This document shows, one piece after another, positions 51,701 to 64,000 of a DNA stretch of 64,000 nt. The DNA is from Azolla caroliniana (Eukaryota > Plantae > Polypodiophyta). The position numbers were made by a program, and so were the translations under genes. Numbering within the stretch: position 1 is the first letter of the stretch; every line of letters starts with the position of its first letter. The stretch is from NCBI GenBank assembly GCA_043228905.1, contig JBHGNT010000018.1, positions 310,001 through 374,000 of the forward strand, written 5' to 3'. The notes beneath the pieces are model-generated. The model did no database searches, was not told the origin of the DNA, and saw only the letters and a program-made list of their open reading frames with translations.

Positions 51701-53419
51701 ATAAAGTCGTATGACTTCTAATCTACATTGCATTTACATGGATATCCTATTAATACTCATGTTAACACTCTAAATTAAGGCACGCCATTTCAAAATGAAG
51801 GTAGGCAACAATAAATGATTGGATATAAGGTAGTGTTCAGATTACCCCTCTCCTACTGAATAGATGTGATACGACATTTTCGCAACTGACAATCCAATTG
51901 GATCATTTACATCAGAGAGTTCTCCTGGTGATATCGATGTATCCATAGTTGATGAGTTTGACTGTGATTCTGGAATTTCCCGTGTCTTTGACTGTTCATA
52001 AAATGCATCCTCCCAAGTTAACACCCTGTGTTATCAACTTATCAGTAACATGTTTACATGTTATTCGTATCATAGCTAGCATGATATTAGCCACCTGTGA
52101 AACCCAACCTAGATATCATGAATGCTAACACCAATAACATGTTTTCATGTTAATAAAGTGTCCCAACCTTCATGAATCTTAATGCCCTGAGTTATATGCA
52201 ACATGTCTTCATGTTGAGAGAACATCCTAATCATCATGAACGTGATCACCCAGTGCTATCAGAAACACGGTTCCATATTGATAAACTATCCTAAACTCAA
52301 CAATAATGAATGTTCACAATATGTATACTCAGCAAACATTGTCATGTTAATAAAACATCCCAATTATCATGAACTTTAACATGCTTGTTGCAAGCAACAC
52401 AATCTCACATAAATAAACCATTATTCAATATTAACAAACTAAGTCATTATGTATCAGCAGATTTTCATGGGAATACACCATTCTAACTATCAAATGGATG
52501 CATTAGGTAAAAAAACATAAGTGCTGGAACACACACACACACAGTCTGTTATCAGACATGTTTTAATGTAAATCAACTGTCCTAAAGTTCTACCATGAAT
52601 ATTTTAATCCAAACTAAAGTACCTCTAGCAAAAACTTTTCTGTGTCACATAAGTGACATATGTCAATATCATAAACCATCCTAACCATCAAAGGAGTGCC
52701 ATTAAGCTAAACCAAAGTAAACCCTACCAGAGATTTCTACATCATACATATGAATACCCTATGTTATCATACGCATGCTCTATTGGTAATAAAACATTTG
52801 ACCTGTCGAGAATTCTGTGAAGCCAAAACAGAAACACCATCTGTTATCAACAGCCGGTTTTTATGTTAACAAACCATCTAAACCTTCAAACAAATGCCAA
52901 ATTCAGCACTAGAAGACATAAATGCCGCCAATTTTAAAGCCTAACTATAAAATGAATTATATCATGTTACACATAAATATCTCGTGTAACCAGAATATGT
53001 TTTCGTGATAATGAACCATCACAGTTCTCAAATGACTGCTATTAACCAAAAACAAAGTAAAGCCTACAGCATACAAAATAATCCGGAAAAAAGTGAAGGC
53101 TATCACGCACTAACACCAACAACATGTTTCAATGTAAATAAACCAACTTAATTACCAAAAGAATGTTATTAGGGCAGAAAATAAGTAAATCCTAGCAGAA
53201 TATTTATTTCTGAATCTACAACCATATCAGATGAAGAAATGGAAGGCAAAAAATAATAATCAAATAATTCACTTACAGGTTTGGAAACCTGCAAAAACGA
53301 AATCAAAGTAATTTATTCACTTACATGCGTGATTGCCTTTTAAGCTTCCAAAAGACTGCATAACACCATACGTCATGGCAGAGGTTTCTGAGTGTTTGAT
53401 GCAAAACAGAGGATTTCAT
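45766..53419 (-). CDS. LHW: LONESOME HIGHWAY/EMB1444-like bHLH transcription factor, ~1121 aa. Exons 53419-53325, 52025-51846, 51606-51486, 51361-51320, 49961-49905, 49798-47678, 47598-47290, 47204-47103, 46998-46852, 46041-45916, 45831-45766
   Basis: N-terminal MYC_N-like LHQTLRNLC..WCYAVFWKLKRQSRMVLTWEDAFY..VAKMSYHIYSVGEGIIGKVAFTNKHQWIF..QFAVGINTIAVIAVPQGVVQLGS. HLH SELRNIIPSGG..DTLLEKTVKY. ACT-like CPIIVEDL..QMLVEV..LRGIMEARDDKIWARFVVE..HRIQVLWSLMQLL. Confidence 0.9.
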
Positions 53420-53581
53420 CTTCTTCTTCTGCTGCTTCTTCTTCTTTCTTCTTCTCTCTCACACACACAAACTCTCTATCTCTCTCTATCTCTGGCAGAG
53501 AAAATCAAAATGAATACTTTATGGAGTTATTGACAACCAATTAGAGCTGAGAATCGATCTGATAGCGGTGGGAGGATTTTC

Positions 53582-53644
53582 TCAGTGCAAAGGGAAATCT
53601 AACAGATTCGTCGATGCAAAAGCTTCTTCTGCGAGCATAGCCAT
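53582..53644 (-). other. Candidate 20-aa upstream ORF (MAMLAEEAFASTNLLDFPLH) in the LHW-like leader
   Basis: ATG at 53644 and TGA at 53584-53582, ending 162 nt upstream of the main ATG. Transcription start site unknown. Confidence 0.4.
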
Positions 53645-53759
53645 AGCCCGCTCGCTCGTTAACTAGCTCTGCTGAACTGAATGGGAATGAGAGAGCAGCG
53701 ATCCCAGTCTCCATTTGAAGTGTAAATAAACTAAAATGACATAAAGCCTCTATTTTATT

Positions 53760-53995
53760 CATATGTACATATGTACATTTATGTATGTATGTATATATTT
53801 ACGTATACGTATATACGGATATACATATACATATAGTATATATACAGATATAGGTAGGTACATACGATATACCTACACACACATATATTTATATATATGT
53901 ACATATGCATATCATATATGTATGTATATGTAATGTATAAAGTATTATATATAAGTAATAATGTATATAGGGTATATAATTATTATGTGTGTATG
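53760..53995. repeat. Compound (TA)/(TATG)/(TACA) low-complexity tract
   Basis: Alternating purine-pyrimidine TA-rich run. Confidence 0.8.
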
Positions 53996-56379
53996 TGTAA
54001 AATTTCACCAACCTACATAATCAAATTCATTTTCTTTTCATATTGTTCAACTCTCATCTTCTCCGAACTATGGCCCAGTCTATCGATTGGTAATAATACT
54101 AATACTAGCAATCATGATAATAATATTGTGGGGATGTCCTTCTAGGGGTTACCCCTGCTCCAGCAACCAACAACCACCAATTCTGCTCTCTTGGGACAAT
54201 CTCCCACAAACCTACTACCCTCGTCTTCTTGGGACCTCGCGAATACCGAAAGCTTCTCAAGCACACTAATGCTTGGGAAAAAAACTCACATACAAATTCG
54301 CAACCGCGTTGTTCATGTACGACGAACCCCAATTTTTTGTTTGTGTGATCGATTGATATATCTTCCTTCATTAATAACATTGTTTTCATTGCAACATGCT
54401 CGACATCGATTATTCCTATATTTTCCTACTAATCCTATGATTGCGAACTAAGCCCTTTTTAGCTAGTATATTTGTCTTAATTATGGAAATTCAAACCTAC
54501 ACTATTAGTTTTTAGCAAGCTTACTCCCATAATGAGGAGCCTAGATAAAAATTAACTCATTCGCGTCATTGGTATATAGCATATGTAATTATCATGATTT
54601 ACAGATCTAGTTGTTAATAGGTTATATCAATTAGCATGATTCAAGCATATTTGTTGTTGGTTAATAATTTATTATCAACAAATTGATCGTTACACTAATA
54701 ATCACGATGCAATAAAACTTGGTCAAGAAACTTCATTAACCATATCTATGGGATGATAATGATCACATAGATAATATGGTGGCTTAATAAGAGAATTTGA
54801 ATAAGTCATTAAGATATAATTGTTCTTAATGGGCAGAGAGATGATATTATTTTATATTCGTACTCGATCAGGATAAGAGGCAATGAGTAGGATGATGGAA
54901 CATTCCTAATACCTAGATGATGTTGTTCCGACCTTAATTATCCGTACATCTAATGTATTCAAACCATACACGACATTGACATGATTGTAAAAAATCACCA
55001 AGGGAACCACTTTAGTTGTTTTAGTGTCTAGTTTATCACCTACTTATTATTGCTTTCTTTTGTCATATACATAAGTACGTGTTGGAAAAAAATATCTTTC
55101 CCAATCAAACATTTGTTGATGTAAGCTTTGACGCCTTTTGTTGATGTGAAACTTTGACAATATCTTGTGTTCGCCTTAATGTTGAACCTATAAGCTACAA
55201 CTCACACGGGCACATTACCAAACGTAAATACCTGCGATCTATGATTAGAAATGTGTGTAAGTACACGTTGTTCTTATCATCTATGCACATCGCACATCAC
55301 ATGCCATTTCTTAGTAACTTTTTGAAACAACATTCATGTTATATATACTAGCTATATATGAGATTTCTTACTAAATATTCTTCTATTTGAAGCATGAGAT
55401 GTCCAACAAAACTCTAATCGCACGATTAACACAATATATCAATGTTATTTTCGAGCAACTTTGTTGTTATTATTTAATGAGTTTAAAAATATAAGAATAT
55501 AGTTTTGCGAGTTTTTTGTTTCTTTTTCTAGATGTACATATTTTCAATCCATTACTGAATATTACAAATTATTAGCAACTAGTTTAAATTAGAAGCATAC
55601 CCACATAAATGTGTAATACTAACACTCGATCCTTATGTTGTTCGTTCTTTCTTATGTAAAAATGTAATAATTCCCAATGAAACTCACAACATATTCAAGG
55701 AAATCTTCTCCAAGCATATACCTTTTCACAAGTCTATGAAAGGCATCATCGTTATAATCAATATAACATTTTAAATTTCATTCCCTTATGAATCAAGACA
55801 AATGTTGATACTGACCAGTTGCTTTAAAATTTGTAGTGAAAACCATTTTTTTGAGCCCTATAAAAAACATGTGTACATTGATTGGACACAACAAACACTT
55901 AGCAAATAAACTTGTATCAAGCTTAGATTGATCTTCCATCTCGGGGTTTACAAATAGGAGGTTGTCAACCCAATAACTTATTTCTCTGACCATGAACGAG
56001 CATGAGAAATTGGAGATGAGAGAAGTTAGAAGTTAAGCCTTCCATAAGAGTAACAATAGAGTATGTAAATTGAGGGATGGGTTCACTTGGTACTGTGACA
56101 CTCGATCACAAAAGATGACACAATCAAGATACATCCACATGAAACTTAATGATAGTGAGGAGGTTGTATCTCTAAGGACGAGACATGCATGTTGACCAGG
56201 GTATGCACACGTCAAAGAGAGTCAATGAAGATAATAAGAAGAAATCACCACCAACATAAACATGCAATTGGGAAACCCTTTCGCAAGTCATGGGCGTGAT
56301 AAAAACAACTTCGCTTTGTGAAAGAATAAAATGCCACTGATCAAGTAACTATTGCACCACCTCCATGTGTCATGACTAG

Positions 56380-56780
56380 GGGAAGTCAACTTGAAGGCCA
56401 TCTTCAAGTTTGCATCAACAAACACCGCCACACATATGTGATCCTAATGAACATTATGATAAACACCATTGACATTATGAAGGAAAGGAATGTGGAACTA
56501 GACCATAGTCAATGCCCATGCTCCTTCATGATGCATGAATAGGTCATCACTCCCGAATTACAAATTTAACACCACATCATACATAAACACAAAAAAGCAG
56601 TTACTTGTAATTGTGGAAGCCTTAAAGGTTTTTAAAAAAATAAAATAAAAGATACTCCCTGGTATTATAAAATCATTATAAATACAAAAGTTGAGTTTGA
56701 TAAATGAGCCCAGAGTGAGCACATGCACTCAGCACACATAATAAAGTTATCCTATCAAGAGATAAGCCCTCACTTTCCTT
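56380..56780 (-). pseudogene. PPR gene fragments, including the target site of the adjacent LINE
   Basis: ESEGLSLDRITLLCVLSACAHSGLI (56690-56780) is an L2-type PPR motif. Weaker VMTYSCIMKEHG and LEDGLQV pieces lie at 56390-56550. Confidence 0.55.
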
Positions 56781-59700
56781 TTTCCTTTTTTTAAAGTCAA
56801 GATTCACCGTGGTATTAATGAAAATATGCCCAAAGGCTACAAAGTATCCATACAATATATTATCAACCCTTCTACCCACATGAATCAACATGCCTCATGC
56901 ATGGTCTTTTCAAGACGGGGGGTGGAAAAAGCCATCTTGGTGGAGGATATCTCCATTTTATTGTGTCCCCAAAACAGGTGAAGACCTCTGCTTTTTTCCA
57001 AATTTCTCTAAATTGTTGTTACTTGCGAAACACAACATCAGGCTCACCATGTATTGCCTCATATTGACCTCTTCGAGTATGCATGAGCATCAACCATATC
57101 TCTTAGAATTACTCAACTGCATTCAGTTTGACATTCTGAAATACACACTTACATCTTGCCTTCCATAATATCTAAACTACTAAAGAAGATACAATAGACC
57201 AAACCTTGACTTCTTCCAAACAATGGATTGGTGTAGTATAAGAGGCCTCCAACACATGTATTCCATGAGAGAGGAAAAGAAAATCAACACAATCCCTTTC
57301 ATAATTTTGTATTTCTTCACAAAACCCCATGTGTGCACCTGTTTACCATAAATAGGACACAAAATTCTCAACACTCTTTTCCATACTGCTCTAACTATAG
57401 GATATACCCATAAAACATGTGTTGGAGGGAAAACCACAATTATCACATTTTCAATCATTGTGGACTTGTGGTTTAAATCACAGTATGGGCACCCATAAAA
57501 TCCTAAACCCATTCATTGGAAAAACCACAATTATCACATTTTAAATCATGGCAATGCCCCTTCATCCATGACTTCACAGGGGTGCCATAATGTACGAACA
57601 ACCATCTAAACAAGATAGCTTTTCTAGGAATTTGCATGGCCCATAGCCATGTCCAATAAGCATTTAACCAAGAGTGTCCTACATTACCCAAGTTCCAAAG
57701 TTTACATGTTGCTGGCGTAACAACCACACACCTCCTTAGCAATTCTCTACCCATTTTTACCAAGTACTAAAAAAATGGGATTTGCTTGCCTAACATTCCT
57801 TGTGGTAATATGCTTTGCCATTTCCATTCATTGTGATCCCACAAAAGTTTGTCAATGGGCTTATTCTCATAGACCCACAATTCAAATAAATTGTTTATAT
57901 CATTTGGGTGTGGATTCAACATCCATTTTTTATCGTTTTTCCACAATATACGTATAGGCAACATACTACCTTGAGATACAACTTCGTCGTCCATAACAAT
58001 AGAATGAGGCCGTCTACACCGCAAAACATCGAAATATAGACAGTCATGAGAGTTTTTATAGCCTTTGACCCCCAACAAGACATTTAAGGATGAAAACATA
58101 CCATACCAAAATAGACCACTTTGAGAAGGTTGAAAGGAATACATCGTAAACACTCTATTGATTCCGACATACATAATGTTTCCAACCCAAATTGTGCGAC
58201 AAACCTGGGTTTTGTTTTCGATCGTCGAAGATGAAAAATACAGCCAATTCCTTACCGATCTAGCTTCTCCTCTATCAAAATCAGCCCATTTCAACCTAGT
58301 TCGTTTCCCTAACATTCCCCCCTCCTCTGATAGAAATAATGGGTTCATTGTTAGGGGTTGTCGCAACCATTCCTCCATACATGATGGTAGAGATTGGACC
58401 AAGTTATGTTTCAAATCCCACCATGCCTTCATGATACCCCTAAAAAAACTTATCTTGGTGAAAAATATGAAGGGATTGATTAAAATCTCTTAAAAACCAC
58501 CATCTAATACTATCTTGCTAGTTGTCACCTATAGAAGGCATAACCTTAACCATTTTGTGTCTTAATATTTTTTTCCAATGCTCCCCACCTAGCAACAAGC
58601 CTCTTATAATAAATTTTCCCAAAAAAGCCTTACATTGTAATAGAGGATCAATCAACCCAAGACCCCCCTCATCCTTTGGAGCTATAATGACTTTCCAAGA
58701 TACCTTAGCTCTCACATATGAACCATCTTCCGATCCCCAAAGGAAATTTCTAATAAGCCTTTGTACTTGTGATAAAGCCGAACGTGAACACAACCAAGCC
58801 GACAAAATGTACCACATGGAAGCCAACAATACTTGGTTGGCAACAACAACCCGACCTGCCAATGACAATTTAGCAGCATTCCAATATAACAATTTCTTCC
58901 TTATAGCACAAATTATTGTGAGAACCTTGCAAATACAAGGTTATATCATCAGCAAATTGACAATCCACAATTTTCTCCTCTAACCAACGCCACTGCAATC
59001 CTGTTATATTCTCAACATTACTTATAAGAAAACTACTAAAAGCGTCTCCAATCATCAAATATAAAAAGGGAGCTAACAGACATCCTTGTCTCACTGACCT
59101 TGAAATTGAAAATGCTTGCCCTAACTCTTGAACTACTAATACCCTACTAGTACCTAAGTTGTAAAGAGCGGAAACAATCATTAACCATTGATTAGGAAAA
59201 CCTAGCTTTTCCATAGTGCACCTAAAAAAAGACCAATCTATCCTATCATAAGCCTTTTCAAAGTCCAACAACAAGATACCTAAATCCTCTTTCCTTTCTT
59301 GTGAAATTGCAATCGCTTCCCAAAATAAGAAAATGTTATCCAATATACTCCTATCTTGTAAGAACCCTGTTTGGGTGTTATGAATGATGTCTGTTAAAAA
59401 GGGATGCAATCTCATAGCCAACATCTTAGCATATAGTTTGTAAATAGTATTCAATATAGTGATAGATTGCCACTTCCTAATATCAACCACTACCCCTTCC
59501 AACTTAGGAATAAGATATATCATATCTTCTTTCCATTTACTAGGCATACTTCCAGTATCAAACACCTCTTGAAATGCAACAATAATGTCGTTCCCAATAA
59601 ATTCCCAATAATTCCGAAAAAAATATGTTGAAAGCCCATCAATACCAGGGCATACATGGGAGCCAATTGCATCTAGAGTAGCTCTGACTTCAAAAATTGA

Positions 59701-61143
59701 AATTGGCTTAACTAAAACAGTTGCCATGTGTAGTGAAACCCGTGCATGCATGGTCTGCACACACATTGACGAGTTTCCAATTGATTAAGTGTAAAACATT
59801 GGGCGGACAGTAGATTGCTATAAAACTGTGTAGCAATATCCCTCATTTCCCCAACATCCTCAGTGTTGGATCCGTCATCCCTTTGAAGTTGTTTCATCCC
59901 ATCACAAGATTTTTTGTCCTTTACAATTTTGAAAAAATCTGCAAAGACTTTATCCCCCACTTGTGCCCACTTTGCAGCATATGAATTATAAGAGCATTGA
60001 GCCCAATAATCTTGTAGTTTAGAGAGCTTAACCATTGTATTATTCAGTCATCACCCACGTTGCCCATGGCATGCGTTGCCGAAAATGTTGCAACGAAACA
60101 ACCACTTGCTTAGTACTCAATATCTTAGTTTTTAGTTTATATCGATATTCCTTTGCTTTACTACAAGGCCACTTACTAACATTGGCAATTGCATCTGCAA
60201 CTCTATTACACCCCATCACTTCAGATACACATGTATCCTTTTAAATTGCTAAGACATCTCGTCTAATGACAACATCAACATACAATGAGGAAGGTATAAG
60301 TGTCCTATAGGCCTTCCATTTTCCCCCTTTTTTCAAAGTAACAATAAGACATGAGTGATATGAGAAAGTTGTCCTAGCTAATATCTGTAATGAACCTCCT
60401 AACGTTAGAAAGACGTCATCAGCATAGAATCTGTCTAATCAAGCTAGATTAGTACCCAACAACCGTCTATCTAGTCTAGAGAATTGCAATGATTCAACAT
60501 GTTTGCTAAATGAAGAAGAGTACCAAGTATCTTGAAAACCATACTTAAAGCACAACCTCTCCCAAAAGCTTAACTCTGAACCGTATAAAGCAGCTTGGCT
60601 ACCTCCACCCCAACTTATCCTCAATCATATTAAAATCTCCAACCATACACCAATGATCCAAATGTGGCAAAGTATCACATAAGACCACAACCTCCTCCTA
60701 TCTAATGATGCATTATGAGCATATAGATTTATAAAACCCAATTGTAGATTTTGGATTTCTACAATAATAACTTGCACTCTCCCTTCCACTAAAATCCTAT
60801 AGTCAATCACATGAGAGGACCATTTTTGGGCGAATGCTATACAAATACCAGCTTTATTGTAGGATTCGCCAATAGCGGGACTCAAAAAATGGGTCCAAGA
60901 ACCACTGAATATGATCCATACGAATCTACCCTTGATGGACTCAAATGATGTTCTTGAAGAAAAACCATATCTACAGATCGCATAAAGCTTTTATGCAAGT
61001 TTTGCCTAAGTCTAGCCTTAAATTTTGGTGCTTGTGCACCACCCAATCCTTGAACATTCCATGAGACAATACGAAAATTATCCATAGGCTAACAAAAGTT
61101 GTTTACCTTTCATCCTCTTCTCCTCAATCGTTACTTTCTTAGG
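56781..61143 (-). mobile_element. 5'-truncated L1/Tx1-like LINE (end of ORF1, complete but decayed ORF2, A-rich tail) with a 20-bp TSD
   Basis: EN motifs RIVSWNVQGL (from 61085), FLQEHH, INLYAHN, GDFN and RLDR. RT motifs LLLDFEKAYDRIDW, SVRQGC and QFADD. Also LSLAGRVVVANQVL, GGLGL and CDNC. Many stops and frameshifts. TSD gataagccctcactttcctt at 56761-56780 and 61144-61163. Confidence 0.93.
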
Positions 61144-62962
61144 GATAAGCCCTCACTTTCCTTAAGTTAAAGGTTCCTTAAGCACTTACATGTAATTGTG
61201 GAAGCCTTAAAGGTTCCTTAAGTAAATCTATAATTAACACACACCTAATCATTACACTAATTAAGAAATTTTTTAGCCTTAATTAAATAGATAATTAATA
61301 CATAAGAAACATGTGAGGTGTCTCAATTAGATTATTGCTAAGTAAAAAACATGTATACCTCGATTGATTAGAGTGAAAAATCTACATGGACGAAAGTGGC
61401 TCTTAGTTTTTGCGAAGGGGAGAGAATGAAGACCAAAAGATAACCCCAAAGTTTGGGTCATTCAATTGGAAACCCTAAAGGGTCCCTTTCACATTACAAG
61501 CCCATTGTCAATTAGCCATTCATACATAATAAAAGGTAGCTCTCCATAAATTACAATATGGCTTTGTTTCTCATCGACATTTGGTCTATATGATTGTTAT
61601 TCTAGATTGCTATAGGATTGTTATAACTATATAGTATGGCATTATTTCCTTTGACAATGCACCTAGTTGAGGTTAACCCCTCATAACATAATGCAAATAC
61701 CAACATTCTCCAAACGATGACAATCACATTAGCCCAAAACACATGTTTCATGATCTCATACAGCCTTTCACCACCACATGATCTAGTAAGGAAAGTGGAT
61801 ACCAAGTAGATCGTCCAAAACATCGCAAAGATCAAGTTTACCATTAACCCTTAAACCACACGTATCATGGTTAACCAGACTATTATGGTGCCCCAACACC
61901 ACCTAACAATGTTGGTTACCAAAAACGAGTGTCGTTGTTAGCCCTATATGTATTTGATGAACCAACTCCCATCATGCCCCACAAACAAACATGGTGCTTT
62001 AGTTGCAACTAGCCAAGTAATTTTAGCAACTAGTGGATGTTGTATGACTTGTCAATGGCCAAAGGCAAAGGTCCAACGACTAACTTGATTTGGATCACCA
62101 CCATCGACATATTGTAAGCACACTTCAAATATTGTCCATCATTGCCAACTCTTGGGCCACTTTCGGAGGAAGTTTGATAGGACAACCAAATTTTGGGTTT
62201 GAGCGGCCAACACAAAGAACATTGCTTATATATCCATTGACAAAACCCACTCCCACAAAGGAAGGGTTTGTCAATGTGCCATCACAAACCCACATTGGCT
62301 CATTGGTACAATATATCAACAGTTTGAAATCATGGAGTTTGTAATCAATGGCAAGTCCAACATCAATGTCGTTGACCAATGCACATGCCATGAAGTTGGG
62401 TATCATCTTTTAGGAAACTTACCATTTCCACCGCCAAGTTGTACATAACCACTGAACTTACAAGGATCTCACAATCTATGCCACCATGTGAGCATTCCAA
62501 ATTTTGGCGGTCGTTATTTGCACGAATGACATTAATGTCTACGCACAATTGTGTTAGGGAAACAATAGATGTAGTTGGCCAAAATCAACCATGATTGACA
62601 ACATCACATGATCTCATTTTTGTATGGAAAAACTAAAATGAAACTCCCTACCAACACTATATGGGAGGATGTAGACATATGAACGTACTTGGCCTCAGAT
62701 TCCCAACTATTCAATCACACAACTTATTGCCATACTAATTGTATCGATTCGGAAGTACAGGGGAAAATATCACCAACAGATCTCGGGCTAACCATGGATT
62801 TAGGGCAGGGAATTCCTGGAATTTCAGAAATGCTAAAGATCTAGCAGGTAGATGCATGCCATGAGGAACATATGGATAGGTTTGATGGAGATCTTTGGAA
62901 CTGGTAGGCAAAACCATTTGGCAGGGACAGAAAAACAGAGTAAACCCCCATAACACATTGTT

Positions 62963-63112
62963 GATTCAGAGGAATAAAGCTATTCCCATTCGATTGAAAG
63001 ATGTATGTAATCCTACAGTCCTTCCTCATCAAACCAAGAGTCAGAGGAATAAAGCTCTTCCCATTGGATTGAAAGATGTATATAATTCTGCAGTCTTACC
63101 TCAAAACCAAGG
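62963..63112. repeat. Two-copy ~74-bp tandem duplication
   Basis: tcagaggaataaagct.ttcccatt.gattgaaagatgtat.taat.ct.cagtc...aaaccaag occurs twice. Confidence 0.8.
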
Positions 63113-63546
63113 TAACAAACAAATACCCCCACTACCTGAAATTTGTCTACCCACCTTTCTTTCCATTTTCCTCAGTAATCTATGTCATTATGTATGTATA
63201 CTTACTTCATTCATCCTCCAATTCAAACTTTTTAACCGTTACATTACATTATGTGTTGATTTATCCTGTATACTTCTTCATTCATCCTCCAATTGGATTT
63301 ATTACTCATTACATTCCATAATGTGCTGATTTATTAACCATTACATTTGACATGTATAGGTCAGTTTTTTTTTAACCTATGACCTTTGCAATATTATTGG
63401 TAAGATGCTCTAACCAACTAAGTAGCTTTGCTGAATGATAGAATTGCTATATAAGTAAAAGAATGGAGCTAAGCCCCACTGTTGAGAGGTTATGACATTT
63501 TTATTGGACGTATAGGGTTGTCACTGAGACATAAGTTGGCCCTATC

Positions 63547-63720
63547 CACCCATAACAAGGAGCATACCTTAAACCCAAGATTAATCACAATATCATTTCT
63601 ATTAATCAAGTATATAATTACAATTCTCTCTCTCACCCATAACAAGTAACATACCTTAAACCCATGATTAATCACAATATCATTTCTATTAATCAAGTAT
63701 ATAATTACAACTCTCTATCT
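63547..63720. repeat. Two-copy ~86-bp tandem duplication
   Basis: cacccataacaag...cataccttaaaccca.gattaatcacaatatcatttctattaatcaagtatataattacaa occurs twice. Confidence 0.85.
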
Positions 63721-64000
63721 CCCTCCCTCTTAACTACCTTAATCCCCTACACTAGACAACAACTCCCACAAATGAACCAACCCTTCAGAAAATTCCTACA
63801 GTTCCTCAAAATATGATTGGAGGATGTGATACTTTGTTTTTCAAAGTGAAGGGCCTGACAGAAATAAAGACATCCTAATTCCATTCCTACAAAATCTAAG
63901 GGATATTTTTCATGCTTGGTGATTGTTATCAAGGCTAGTTATATATTTATTGGAATGTCTACAAGTATTGGACATGTCTCTATAATGAGGCTTAAGGCTT

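Noticed and set aside
62735-63329. Possible exon or gene start near the window end
   Set aside because: Frames are interrupted by stops, the longest ORF is explained by tandem duplications, and no family motif is present.

Overview
Eukaryotic, AT-rich land-plant nuclear DNA with spliceosomal GT-AG introns, PLS-class PPR genes and many GA/CT microsatellites. A fern or other seed-free plant is plausible, but that is inference. Six host genes can be reconstructed: a dormancy/auxin-repressed (DRM1/ARP) gene (-), an EID1-like F-box gene (-), an uncharacterised 5-exon gene of ~754 aa whose C-terminus resembles a PP1-docking module (+), an intronless PLS-class PPR gene with a truncated E region (+), an 11-exon proteasome alpha-7 subunit gene PAG1 (+), and an 11-exon, divergent LONESOME HIGHWAY-like bHLH gene (-). 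The first 11 kb is a nest of insertions anchored on (GA)n tracts. It holds a 6x ~122-bp tandem array, two decayed RTE/RTEX-like LINEs, and a non-autonomous hAT element (16-bp TIR, 8-bp TSD, empty-site paralog in the same window) that contains a near full-length L1/Tx1-like LINE. That LINE has an endonuclease deletion with (CCCTAAA)3 telomeric repeats at the junction. A second, 5'-truncated L1-like LINE with a perfect 20-bp TSD sits at 56.8-61.1 kb inside a PPR fragment. No CRISPR array, rRNA or tRNA was found. Exon boundaries were read by eye and are not transcript-validated.
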